Assembly (NCBI RefSeq): GCF_964194155.1
Contig: NW_027597933.1
Span: 1-59,869, forward strand
From: Cetorhinus maximus
Lineage: Eukaryota
DNA: 59,869 nt
Direction of reading: 5' to 3'
In this document: in pieces, positions 1-12,019 of the stretch
How the letters are laid out: each line of letters begins with the position of its first letter
How positions within the stretch are numbered: the first letter of the stretch is position 1
The notes under the pieces: model-generated
What the model was told of the DNA's origin: nothing
The model's database searches: none
The model's input: the letters and a program-made list of their open reading frames with translations, nothing else
Translations under genes and position numbers: made by a program

Positions 1-639
1 TGCTGTAGTTCTGTAATGAAGGACGATTTTGGAGGTAACCATTTTAAAAATTCAATTGTTATTACTGAGAGGATTTGCTCAATGTTTTAGCAGAATCAAC
101 TAGCCTATAAATAAGGAATAAAATATATTTCTCAAGTCGTGACTCTGTCAGTGTCCTACATAAGAAAAAAATCTAGTGAGGCTGTGAAGCCTCTTATTTG
201 TAACTTGAGCCTGGTCAAACATTCTACCTCCCACGGATTCTCAGCCTTCGCCAATTCATACTCATTGCTGAAAAGCAATTAAAGCTAGAAAGGCAAAAAT
301 TTCAAGTGTAATTGTGATTATGGTGTCAGTATGGATAAACATGACAACTTAATTGTTCATTGAACTGCTCATCTGTTGTGGTCACGATCAATTACATTAA
401 ATGCTGAAACGTGACCAATTAGGTCACATGATTCAGATTTTTAAAATTTCACTATTGCAAATACAACCAATGTAAGACACCTGTTTAAAAGTTCTGTCTT
501 AATAGAAAAAATACCTGCTACATAAGTGTGATCTGGAATACTAAATTACACCAACTTTTGTGGATTATTAATTACCTCACATTTCTGTCAGAGCTATCAC
601 TTCAACATACTTAAGATGTTCCAGCATCTTTTATCTAAG

Positions 640-2740
640 AAAGAAGATGGACATGCAGCAAACGAATCCATTTCAGATGGGGTGTCTTTTGCTGATGGCT
701 GGCTGGAGAGGCCAATCCTGAAGAGGCATATTCTACCACGTGCTGCACATGAAGCTACATTTGATGTTGTGGGTTATCATTTTCAACTTTAATGTCTGTT
801 GCCAAACTCTAGCCACTGGTCATCATGGTGGTGCACGCCAGCCCACAGGTGTTGCCATTTTCCTTTGTTGTCAGCTAGTGACTCCCCGGTGCAATAATTG
901 ATGTAAAGAGCCTTTAATGTCAAACTTGCAGGTATCCCTGAACTGGAGCTTTGGGCATCCTACTTGTCTGGCTCCGGCTACCTCACCATACAGAAAATCT
1001 TTGTATGTGACTATCCTCCATCCTGTGGATATGTCTAAGCCAATGAAGCTGTCTCTGTTTGATGAATGCTAACAGGCTTGGGGGTTCTGCCTTTGAGGGG
1101 ACTGCTATTTTCATGAATTTTGTTCTGCCAGGATATACCCATAATGTGCCGCAGACAGCGAAGATGGAAGTTGTGTTGCTCTTCTTGATGTAAGTCGGCC
1201 ATGCTTCACAGTCATACAACAAAGTACTGGGAATACAGGTCTTATTAGCCACCAGCTTGGTTCTAAGGGTCAGCTAGATGTTATCCCATGAGCATTTTGA
1301 GTCAGCCAAAGGTGGTGGCTGCTTTCCCTATGTATCAAGTTCTGCATCGAAGGACAGATTGTCTGTCACAATGGATCCAAGGTAGCAGAATTTGCTAACC
1401 ACTTCCAGCGAAGTGTTATTTTGTATGATCAGGGGTGGAGGTGCAGCACCTTGTCCCTTGACCATGGTTTTATTGGTGCTTACAGCCAGGGAGAACAAGT
1501 TATAGGTATGGGAAAGACAGTCCATGAGTCTTTGTAGTTGGGTTTCCGTATGGGTGATGAGCACAGCATCATCAGTGTAGAGTTCTCTGATCAGGAGTTT
1601 TTGTCATCATAGTGTTTTTGTCTTCGCTTTCAGTTTTTATAGATTGTAGAACTTGCCGTCTGACCTAGTATGTAAGTAGACTCCATCCATATCATAGCTT
1701 GGAGAAGACGCCGCCAAACAGAGTGGGGGCTAGGACACATCGCGTTCCATTCTGCACTCAAACTGTTGGAAGTGGAGCCATCAAACTGTAAAGTGCAGTG
1801 CATGATTTCATGGAAGGACTGGATGAGACTGAGGAGCTTTTGTGGACAGCTAACTTTCCCCAAAATCTTACAGAATCCTGCCCTGGTGATGGTGTTAAAT
1901 GTCTTGGTGTGATCTACAAAAGAAAGATAAAGAGGTATACTCTGTTCCCTACAGTTCTCTTGTAGCTGGTGTATGGAGAAGATCATGTCCACGATAGATC
2001 TGTTGGCATGGAAACTGCATTGTGCTTCTGGGTACACTATGTCTGCAAGTCTTAAAAGTATGACCCTAGCAAAGGCCTTCCCTGTGATGCTAAGCAGTGA
2101 GATGCCCCTGTAGTTGTTGCAGTCTCCTCTGTCGCCTTCGTTATAGTGAGATGATTTTTGCATCATGCATCTCCTGTAGAACGGAGTCTACGTTCCAGCA
2201 GAGAAGGAAAAGGTCATAAAGATGTGGTAATAGACAGGACTTTCCATGCTTGAACAGTTTGGCTGGGATTCCATCCTGGCTGGGTGTCTTTCTGTTTGCT
2301 GAGCAGTTTATGGTCTTCTGGAGCTCAAATGATCAGGGTTCTTCATCTAACTCATCCATGACAGGTAGCTGCAGGAGCGCGGCAAGTGCAGACTTGGAAA
2401 TTTCTGTCTCACAACAGTACAGCTCACAGTAGTGTTCAGCCCAGCAGGACATCTGTTTACTTCTGTTGGTGAGTCCTCATCTGCTGACTTCCTGTGGGGG
2501 CAACTTTGATGGAAGGACCAAATGACCCCTTGATCCTTTCATACATATCTTTTAGATTTCTACTATCACTGGCAGTTTGGATTTATTGACATAAGCTGAT
2601 CCAGTGTTCAACTGTGCAGTACCTCCCTATCTTTTGCATGGTTGTCTTGGCTACTTTCAGGTTGTGCAGTGTTTTCGCTGTTGGATTTATGTTGTGCATC
2701 ATGTAGGTTTTTTTTGCATCAATAACAGCTGTCATTACTT
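640..2740 (-). mobile_element. RTE-clade LINE, decayed reverse transcriptase region
   Basis: Minus-strand ORFs 1630-2166 (GDRGDCNNYRGISLLSITGKAFARV...PEAQCSF...DMIFSIHQLQENCREQ), 1328-1564 (FCYLGSIV) and 983-1252 (TLLYDCEAW...QRQLHWLRHIHRME) carry typical RTE RT and C-terminal motifs, with frameshifts. Confidence 0.85.
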
Positions 2741-2884
2741 ATAAGAGCAAAGAAACATGTCAAACCAGCACAGGCACAATGCGCCGAATGGTGGCCCCCT
2801 GCACTGTATGATTGCAAGATGAGCACATCCCATTGTGTCAACAATGCAACTTCATTCAACATATGTCCACCACCTTGCAATACT

Positions 2885-5455
2885 ATAAGACGTAGGAGCA
2901 GAAATTAGGCCATTCGGCCCATTGAGTCTGCTCCGCCATTCAATCATGGCTGATAAATTTCTCAACCCCATTCTCCCGCCTTCTCCCCGTAACCTTTGAT
3001 CCCCTTACCAGTCAAGAACCTATCTATCTCGGTCTTAAATACACTCAATGACCTGGCCTCCACAGCATTCTGTGGCAATGAATTCCATAGATTTACCACT
3101 CTCTGGCTAAAGAAGTTTGTCCTCATCTTTGTTCTAAAAGGTCTTCCTTTTACTTTGAGGCTGTGCCCTCAGGTCCTACTCTCTTCTACTAATGGAAACA
3201 TCTTCCCCACGTCCACTCTATCCAGGCCTTTCAGTATTCTGTAAGTTTCAATCAGATCCCCCCTCTTCCTTCTAAACTCCATCGAGTATAGACCCAGAGT
3301 CCTCAAACGTTCCTCATATGTTAAGCCTTTCATTCCTGGGATCATTCTCGTGAACCTCCTCTGGACCCTCTCCGGGGCCAGCACATCCTTCCTGAGATAC
3401 AGGGCCCAAAATTGCTCACAATATTCTAAATGTGGTCTGACCAGAGCCTTATAAAGCCTCAGCAGCACATCCCTGCTCTTATATTCTAGTCCTCTCAATA
3501 AATGCCAACATTGCATTTGCCTTCCTAACTACCGACTCAACCTGCAAGTTAACCTTAAGAGAATTCTGGACTAGGACTCCCAAGTCCCTTTGCACTACAG
3601 ATTTCTGAATTCTCTCTCCATTTAGAAAATAGTCTATGCCTTTATTCTTCCTACCAAAGTGCATGACCTCACACTTCCCCACGTTGTATTCCATCTGCCA
3701 CTTCTTTGCCCATTCTCCTAACCTGTCCAAATCCTTCTGCAGCCCCCAGCCTCCTCAATACTACCTGTCCCTCCACCTATCTTTGTATCATCTGCAAACT
3801 TAGCCAGGATGCCCTCAGTTCCTTCATCTAGATCATTAATATATAAAGTGAAAAGTTGTGGTCCCAACACTGACCCCTGCGGAATTCCACTAGTCACCGG
3901 CCGCCATCCTGAGAAGGACCTCCTTATCCCCACTCTCTGCCTCCTGCCAGACAGCCAATCTTCTATCCATGCTAGTACCTTGCCTCTAACACCATGGGCT
4001 CTTATCTTACTGAGAAGCCTCCTGTGCGGTACCTTGTCAAAGGCCTTCTGGAAGTCCAAGTAGATAACATCCATTGGCTCTCCTTTGTCTAACCTACTCA
4101 AAGAATTCTAACAGATTTGTCAGGCATGACCTCCCCTTGATGAAACCATGCTGACTTTTCCCTATTTTACCACGCACTTCCAAGTATTCTGAAATCTCAT
4201 CCTTAATAATGGACTCTAAAATCTTACCAACGACCGAGGTCAGGCTAATCGGCCTATAATTTCCCGTATTTTGCCTCACTCCCTTCTTAAACAGGGGGGT
4301 TACATTAGCGATTTTCCAGTCCTCTGGGACCCTCCCTGACTCCAGTGATTCCTGAAAGATCACCACTAATGCCTCTACTATCTCTTCAGCTATCTCCTGC
4401 AGAACTCTGGGGTGTAATCCATCTGGTCCAGGTGATTTATCCACCTTCAGACCTTTCAGTTTTCCTAGCACCTTCTCCTTAGTAATGGCCACCATACTCA
4501 CCTCTGCCCCCTGACTCTCTTGAACTTTGGGGATGTTACTCGTGTCTTCCACCGTGAAGACTGATGCAAAGTACCTATTCAGTTCCTCCGCCATTTCTTT
4601 GTTCCCCACTACTACTTCTCCAGCGTCATTTTCCAGCGGCCCAATGTCCACTTTTGCCTCTCTCCTACCGTTTATATATCTAAAAAAACTCTTGCAATCT
4701 TCTTTTATATTACTGGCTAGTTTACCCTCATATTTAATCTTCTTCCTTATTTCTTTTTTAGTTGTCCTCTGTTGGTCTTTGTAGGCTTCCCAATCCCCTG
4801 GTTTCCCACTGCTCTTCGCCACATTGTATGCTTTCTCTTTAGCTTTTATGCTGTCCCTGACTTCCCTTGTCAGCCATGGTTGCCTCGTCCTCCCTTTAGT
4901 ATGCTTCTTCTTCCTAGGGATGAATTTTTGCTGTGTCTCCCAAATTACTCCCAGAAACTCCTGCCATTGCTGTTCCACTGTCTTTCCTGCTAGGCTCATC
5001 TCCCAGTCAATTCTGGCCAGCTCCTCCCTCATGCCTCTGTAGTTGCCTTTATTCAACTGTAATACCGTTACATCTGATTCCAGCTTTTTCCTCTCAAATT
5101 GCAGGGTAAATTCTATCATATTATGGTCACTTCCTCCTAAGGGTTCCTTCACCTTAAGCTCCCTTATCAAATCTGCCTCATTACACATCACTAAATCTAG
5201 AATTGCCTGTTCCCTAGTGGGCTCCACCACAAGCTGCTCCAAAAAGCCATCTCATAGACATTCCACAAATTCCTTTTCTTGGGATCCACTACCAACCTGA
5301 TTTTCCCAGTCTACCTGCATATTGAAATCCCCCATGATCACTGTAACCTTGCCTTTCTTACACACCTTTTCTATCTCCCGGTGTATCTTGTGCCCCACAT
5401 CCTGACTACTGTTCGGAGGCCTGTACATAATTCCCATTATGGTTTTTTTTACCTT
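2885..5455 (-). mobile_element. CR1 LINE, 5'-truncated ORF2 (end of endonuclease plus RT) with frameshifts
   Basis: Consecutive minus ORFs 5252-5437, 4094-5242, 3718-4101, 3479-3730 and 3169-3516 contain [50 protein letters not shown] and KFADDTK. A CR1-type 3' tail (ctgctcctacgtcttat on -) lies at ~2885. Confidence 0.95.
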
Positions 5456-5984
5456 TGCTTTATCTCCTGAATGAGGTGGAAATCAAATCTTGTGGCCAAT
5501 TTAGGAAATTTCTCCTTGGCTCTCTAAGGCAGATATGGAGTTAGTGTGAGATCCTACTTAAACATGGGTATTTGTAAGTTAATATGGTGGTAGCACCTGC
5601 ACTGATTTATGATACAGTGATGAGTGTGGATGAAAGCACTTGCAGCTTGGGCAGTGTAATTTACAGTAGCATGAAGACAATCACTAACCAATTAATATTT
5701 GCTCCCAAACCTTTGAGACAAAGAAACTATTTCCAAATTTTAAATGTCTTGAAGGTGTATGGGGGTTGCAAGAAAATTGCCTGATACTTGACTAAGAGAG
5801 TCAGTCAAGGAACACACCACTAAGATGTGAATGTCTTCAGATACATTGAGGTTTAATGCAAATACAAAGTGTAACTCAGCAAAAGAGTTGGTTTTGATGA
5901 GTAACACTATTCAGGAATTCTATGCAAGGCACAGCATCGACTGAGAAAGTGTTGGCCAAGCTGAAGTCTGGGTGGGAAGCTTTT

Positions 5985-7205
5985 TATTTCATGGGCTGAG
6001 AGCATTTCTGGCAAGGCCAGCATTTGTTGCCCATTCCTAATTGCCCCTTGTGAAGGTGGTAATGAGCCACAATTTTGAACCACTGCAGTCCAAGTGGTTT
6101 GGTACACCTGCAATGCTATTTGGAAGCAAGTTCCTGGTTATTGACCCAGTGCCAGTGAAGGAACGGTGATATATTTCCAATTCAAGATGGTGTGTGGCTT
6201 GGAGGGGAACTCCCAGATGGCGGTGTTCCCATGCATCCGCTGCTCTTGTCCTTCTAGATGATCGAGGTTGTGGTTTGGAAGGTGCTGTCAAAGGAGACTT
6301 GGCAAATTGCAGTGCGTCTTGCATATGACGACACATTGCCTCCAACACCAGCACACGGGCAGCAATGTTTAAGATAGTGGATGGAGTGCCGATCGAACTG
6401 GCTGCTTTATCCTGGATGGTGTTGAGCTTCTTGAGTTTTGGAGCTGCACTTCTCCAGGCATGTGAAGAGTATTCCATCGCACTCAAGCCATGTCTTCTAG
6501 ATGGTGGATAAACTTTGGAGTCAGATGCGTGTAACTTGCTGCAAATTCCCATCCTCTGGCTTGCACTGTAGCCATAGTACTTATTTGGCAGATCCAGTTC
6601 AGCACCTGGCCAATGGTAACCCCCAGGACATTGATGGTGGGGATTCAGCAATGGTAATCTTTTGAATTTTACGGCAAGATAGTTAGATTCTCCCTCATTG
6701 GATATGGTCATTGCCCGGCACTTGGGTGTCAATTAAAATTCATGCCACACATCAGCTCCAGCCTGAATGTTGTCCATCTTGTGCTGCATACGGGCACAGA
6801 TTTCTTCACTATCTGAGGAGTTGCCAATCATATTGCATGTTGTAGAATCACCAGGTAACAACCCCGCATCTCACTTTAAGATGAAGGGAAGGTCATTGAT
6901 GAAGGAGCTGAAGATGATTGGGCCCAGGACACTACCTTGAGGAACTTCTGCAGCGATGTCCTGGGACTGAGATGATTGGCCTGCGACAACCACAGCCATC
7001 TTCCTTGGTGCTAGGTATGACTCCAACCAGTGTAAAGTTTTCCTTCTGATTCCCATTGACTTCAATTTTGTTAGGGCTGTTTGATGCCACACGCAGTCAA
7101 ATGCTGCTTTAATGTCAAGCGCAGTCACTCCCACGTTATATCTGGAATTCAGCTGTTTTGTCCATGTTTGGACTAAGGCTGTAATGTGATCTGGATTTAA
7201 GTGGC
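5985..7205 (-). mobile_element. CR1/L2-group LINE (second family), 3' part, decayed
   Basis: ORF 6871-7134 reads ALDIKAAFDCVWHQ...[20 protein letters not shown]. Its 3' end is shared with copies at ~8700-8995, 45999-46291 and 51015-52630. Confidence 0.85.
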
Positions 7206-7744
7206 TGTGCGGCCTTTATAAGGGAACAAATGATTGCAGCTAAAACTGTGATTGTCAGCTATTTTAAAGAAGGCTACCAGGAATACTTGTCAATGAAGTA
7301 TATTATACAGGGATATGATTGATTCCTTGCTACATTGAAATGCAAGATTGTTGAAAGTATCCTTAAGGCTATGCTGAGCTATATGTCAATATTTCCAGAT
7401 TTCAGCAAGATATGAAGGTCCTTCACTACGCTGGGTTCCTTAGAAATACATTTGCATACTAAGGGTAATGCTGAGGAACTGAACATTGATGATGAGATGG
7501 AGCAGTTTTAGGTATGAAGATTTCAGTATAGCCTTATGTATGCAACTATCAGTCCTCATTACTCCAAAGCCAATGGAGAAGTTGAAAGGGGAGCACAAGC
7601 TGCAAAAATCCAAGTTGAATGAAAGGATCATTTTCTAACCTTGTTTAAATCACATTAACTTCAATAGTGGCTACAGCAAAAGGTTAATGATGGCGGGGGG
7701 GGACAGATTTAAAAACAATGGTGTGACTTGCTAGAACACTGGTT

Positions 7745-8640
7745 CAGGTGAAGACTATCCCAATGGTACAGCTCCCACATTTCTGGTACTGGTGCCAGTG
7801 TCCCATGAATCGAAATCCATTTCTCCCACACCAATCTTTGAGCCACGCATTCAACTCTCTAATCTTATCTACCCTATACCAAATCATTTGTGGTTCAGGT
7901 AGTAATCCAGAGATTATTACCTTTGTGGTTCTTGTTAATTTAGTCCCTACTGCTCATAATCCTCTTTTCTAGAATATGTCATTGGTACCCACGTGGACCA
8001 TGATAACTGAATCTTCCCCCTCGCAATGCATGTTTCTCACCAGCCCTGAGCAGATGTCCTGAACCCTGGCACCAGGCAGGCAACACAGCCTTCAGGACTC
8101 ACGCTCTCGGCTGCAGAGAGCTGTGTCTATCCCCTGACTACACTACACTTGAATGGCTCCCTGCACCATTGTGCCAAGCTCAATTTGCTCTTCCACCTTG
8201 CAGCCCCCACTCTCATCCATACTGAGTTGAGGCTCCTCCACTTCTACCTTCTCAATCTGTATACCTGGCTCACTTGCAATCACAACCTCCTGTCCCTAAC
8301 CACAGACCAAATTAGAAGACCCTAGCTTAAGGGTATGACTGCCTCCTGGAACAAAGTGACCAGGTAACTTTCCCCTCTCTGATGCATCGCAGTGGCTGAA
8401 GCTCAGCCTCCAGCTCATGAACTGAGCTGGAGCTCCTCAAGCCTGAAGCTTGATTGGCCTGCAACGACCATAGCCATCTTCCATGGTGCTAGGTATGACT
8501 CCAACCAGTGTAAACTTTTACTTCTGGTTCCCCTCTCCTCAAGCCACAGCCAATTACTGCAGATGTGGTTGCCGTGGATCACACTGGTGTCCACCAGCTC
8601 TTATATACTACAGTTGCAAATCACCAGACCTGTCATCCTT
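7745..8640 (-). mobile_element. CR1 ORF1 (esterase-like domain) remnant
   Basis: The minus strand translates to KVIISGLLPEP...KIRELNAWLKDWCGRNGFRFMGHWHQY, characteristic of the vertebrate CR1 ORF1 SGNH/esterase region. Confidence 0.7.
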
Positions 8641-8699
8641 ATTGTATTTTATTAACTAATTAATTATTTTAATCACATTTTAATACCTCCTTTTTAAAA

Positions 8700-8995
8700 A
8701 ATTCAATTTATGGGATGCGAGCATCACTGGCTAGGCCAGCATTTATTGCCTGTCCCATCCCTAATTGCCCTTGAGAAGGTGGTGGTGAGCTGCTTTCTTG
8801 AACCGCTGCAGTCCCTGTGGTGTAGGCACACCTACTGTACTGTTAGGGAGGGAGTTCCAGGATTTTGACCCAGCGACAGTGAAAGGAACAGCAATATATT
8901 TCCAAGTCAGGATTCTGAGTGGCTTGGAGAGGAACTTCCAGGTGCTGGTGTTCCCATGAATCTGCATGTATAGGCCATGGGTTTGGAAGGTGCTG
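8700..8995 (-). mobile_element. 3' end fragment of the second LINE family (or a SINE sharing its tail)
   Basis: Clearly homologous to 5985-6290, e.g. ggccagcattt...ctaattgccc...gaaggtggt. Confidence 0.8.
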
Positions 8996-10055
8996 CCTGC
9001 TTGTGCTTATATTCTTATTATTTCAATTAATGTTCTACTAATTCTGATTAAAACTCTCTAAGATAAGAGAAAAAGGAAAATGCTCACCAACCAATCAATT
9101 ACTTACCTCCTTTGTTGTAACGTAACACTTTGATTTTCTTTGGAATGCTCTGAACCCCCAGACTCACCCACCACTAGCTCTTCAAACTCTCGCTACTGTC
9201 TCTAGGTTACCCTCTATTTCCTGGAAGCAGCTCCAGCCACTGGAGACTGAAAAAAGGTAGGAAAAGGAGCACCTCTTTGCCCCTCTGTACCTAGTTCCCA
9301 GCATTGCCATGTTTTAAGCATAATCATTCCAATCTACACCCTAGAGGTGATAATCCTACCTATTAGCACAGGAACCATTCTGAGATGAGTTGAATTTACC
9401 CACTGGATTGTGTGGCAATGAGCGAGGGATTGAGAATAGTTGATCATAGAAGAGGGAAGAGTGGCAATCCACCAATAAACCCAATTTAGATTTAATTATT
9501 GGTTTAAAGAAGAAAAATGTAGCCAAAAGTTGTTAATTTTTGAAGAGTCACTTTCTTTTAGATATGTAAAAAATCTCAGTGAGCCACTGTAGACTTGTAC
9601 AAACAAAAAAAATGTAGTTTTATTTGCTAAACCAGTTCTCTCACACACAAACCAGTGCAATATTATTGTAATCACAAAGACACACACACCAGTGCAATAT
9701 TATTGTATTCACACACACACACCAGTGCAATATTATTGTATTCACACAAACCAGTGCAACATTATTGTATTCACACACACACCAGTGCAACATTATTGTA
9801 TTCACACACACACCAGTGCAACATTATTGTATTCACACACACACCAGTGCAACATTATTGTATTCACACACACACCAGTGCAACATTATTGTATTCACAC
9901 ACACACACCAGTGCAACATTATTGTATTCACACACACACTAGCGCAACATTATTGTATTGTATTCAGACACACAAACCAGTGCAATATTATTGTATTCAC
10001 ACACAGACAAACCAGTGCTACATTATTGTATTCACACACACACACCAGTGCATTA

Positions 10056-11597
10056 AGACAAAAGCAAAAAACTGTGGATGCTGGAAATCGAAAATAAAAA
10101 CAAAAATACCTGGAAAAACTCAGCAGGTCTGGCAGCATCTGTGGAAAGGAGCACAGTTAACATTTCGAGTCCGCATGACTCTTCAACAGAACTAAGGAAA
10201 AATAGAAAAGGGGTAAAATATAAGCTGGTTTAAGGGGGGTTGGGACAAGAGAGCTGGATAGAGGGCCAGTGATAGGTGGAGATAACCAAAAGATGTCACA
10301 GACAAAAGGTCAAAGAGGTGTTGAAGGTGGTGATATTATCTAAAGGAATGTGCTAATTAAGGGTAGAAAGCAGGACAAGCAAGGTACAGATAGCCCTAGT
10401 GGGGGTGGGGTGAAGGAATCGAAAAAGGCTAAAAGGTAGAGATAAAACAATGGATGGAAATACATTTAAAAATAATGGAAATAGGTGGGAAAAGAAAAAT
10501 CTATATAAATTATTGGAAAAAACAAAAAGGAGGGGGAAAAATCAGAAAGCGGGTGGGGATGGAGGAGAGAGTTCACGATCTAAAATTGTTGAACTCAATA
10601 TTCAGTCCAGAAGGCTGTAAAGTGCCGAATCGGAAGATGAGGTGCTGTTCCTCCAGTTTGCGTTGAGCTTCACTGGAACAATGCAGCAAGCCAAGGACGG
10701 ACATGTAGGCATGAGAACAGGGTGGAGTGTTGAAATGGCAAACGACAGGGAGGTCTGGGTCATTCTTGTGGACAGACCAAAGGTGTTCTGCAAAGCAGTC
10801 ACCCAGTCTGCGTTTGGTCTCTCCCAATGTAGAGGAAACCGCATTGGGAGCAACGAATGCAGTAGACTAAGTTGGGGGAAGTGCAAGTGAAATGCTGCTT
10901 CACTTGAAATGAGTGTTTGGGCCCTTGGACGGTGAGGAGAGGGGAAGTAAAGTGGAAGGTGTTCATCTTCTGCGGTTGCATGGGAAGGTGCCGTGGGAGG
11001 GGGTTGAGGTGTAGGGGGTGATGGAGGAGTGGACCAGGGTGTCACGGAGAGAACGATCCCTACGGAATGCCGCCAGGGGGGGTGAAGGGCAGATGTGTTT
11101 GGTGGTGGCATCATGCTGGAGTTGGCGGAAATGGCGGAGGATGATCCTTTGAATGCGGAGGCTGGTGGGGTGATAAGTGAGGACAAGGGGGACCCTATCC
11201 TGTTTCTGGGAGGGAGAAGAAGGTGTGAGGGCGGATGCGTGGGAGATGGGCCGGACACTGTTGAGGGCCCTGTCAACCACCGTGGGTGGAAAACCTCGGT
11301 TAAGGAAGGAGGAGGACATGTCAGCGGAACTGTTTTTAAAAGTGGCATCATCAGAACAGATGCGACGGAGGCGAAGGAACTGAGAGAATGGGATGGAGTC
11401 CTTACAGGAAGCTGGGTGTGAGGAGCTGTAGTCGAGGTAGCTGTGGGAGTCGGTAGGCTTGTAATGGATATTGGTGGACAGTCTATCACCAGAAATTGAG
11501 ACAGAGAGGTCAAGGAAGGGAAGGGAAGTGTCAGGGATAGACCATGTGAAAATGATGGTGGGTTGGAAATTGGAAGCAAAATTAATAAAAAGTGTCT
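10056..11597 (-). mobile_element. Penelope-like retroelement (Neptune-type), 5'-truncated: end of RT, GIY-YIG endonuclease and pseudo-LTR
   Basis: Minus ORFs read LPFLDLSV...YKPTDSHSYLDYSSSHP...SIPFSQFLRLRRICS and NLVYCIRCSQCGFLYIG/ETKRRLGDCFAEH...GTLQPSGLN. Flanked by the direct repeat GTGCATTA (10048-10055 and 11598-11605). Confidence 0.93.
10155..10193 (-). ncRNA. Minimal type-I hammerhead ribozyme motif, variant core, in a Penelope pseudo-LTR
   Basis: The minus strand reads AGTT-CTGTTGA-A-GAGTC(ATGCG)GACTC-GAAAT-GTT-AACT. Stems I and II pair. Stem III has a C>T change relative to the other copies. Confidence 0.55.
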
Positions 11598-12019
11598 GTG
11601 CATTATTGTATTCAAACACACACAAACCAGTGCCGTATTATTGCATTCAAAGACACACAAACAAACCAGTGCAATATTATTGTATTCACAGACACAAACC
11701 AGTCCTATATTATTGTATTCTCTCTCACACACACATAAACCAGTGCTACATTATTGTATTCACACAGACACAAACCAGTCCTACATTGTATTCACACAGA
11801 CCAGTGCTACATTATTACATTCACACAGACACACAAACAAACCAGTGCGACATTATTGTACTCACACAGACACACAAACAAACAAACCAGTCCAATATTA
11901 TTACATTCACAAACCAGTGCAATATTATTGTGTTCACACAAACCGCTGTAATACTATATTCACACACACCAGTATAACATTCTGGGACTTAAATGACTGG
12001 ATGATGTCAAGTTGTTGGC

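Larger units (their letters stand above)
200..7620 (+). mobile_element. Highly decayed Ty3/Gypsy LTR-retrotransposon pol remnant, in pieces at ~200-620, ~5460-5980 and ~7210-7620, split by younger LINE insertions
   Basis: ORF 5584-5784 (APALIYDTVMSVDESTCSLGSVI...LIFAPKPLRQRNYFQI...GCKK) follows the Gypsy RNase H pattern APVLA.YD...SADAS..GLGAVL...AFASR.L...YAQIEKE. Near 7550-7600, SPHYSKANGEVERG matches the integrase motif SSPHYPQSNGEAER. Near 555-600, LLWIINYL resembles the RT thumb (FLGMVNYL). Domain order is RT, RNase H, integrase. Confidence 0.6.
9631..11980. repeat. Minisatellite array, ~30-36 bp unit ACCAGTGCAACATTATTGTATT(CA)n, interrupted by a Penelope insertion at 10056-11597
   Basis: Directly visible tandem units at 9631-10055 and 11598-11980. 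Unit length varies with the CA run, and the right block is more diverged. Confidence 0.95.

Noticed and set aside
3809-5470. Plus-strand ORFs opposite the CR1 (and similar ones opposite other LINE and Penelope copies)
   Set aside because: Antisense shadows of retroelement coding sequence.
9655-10195. His/Thr/Cys-rich repetitive ORFs
   Set aside because: They are translations of the minisatellite in all frames, with no splice or homology support.
9631-11980. CRISPR-like array (conserved ~22-nt core with variable intervening sequence)
   Set aside because: The intervening parts are only (CA)n length variants rather than unique spacers. There are no cas genes and the context is eukaryotic. It is a minisatellite.
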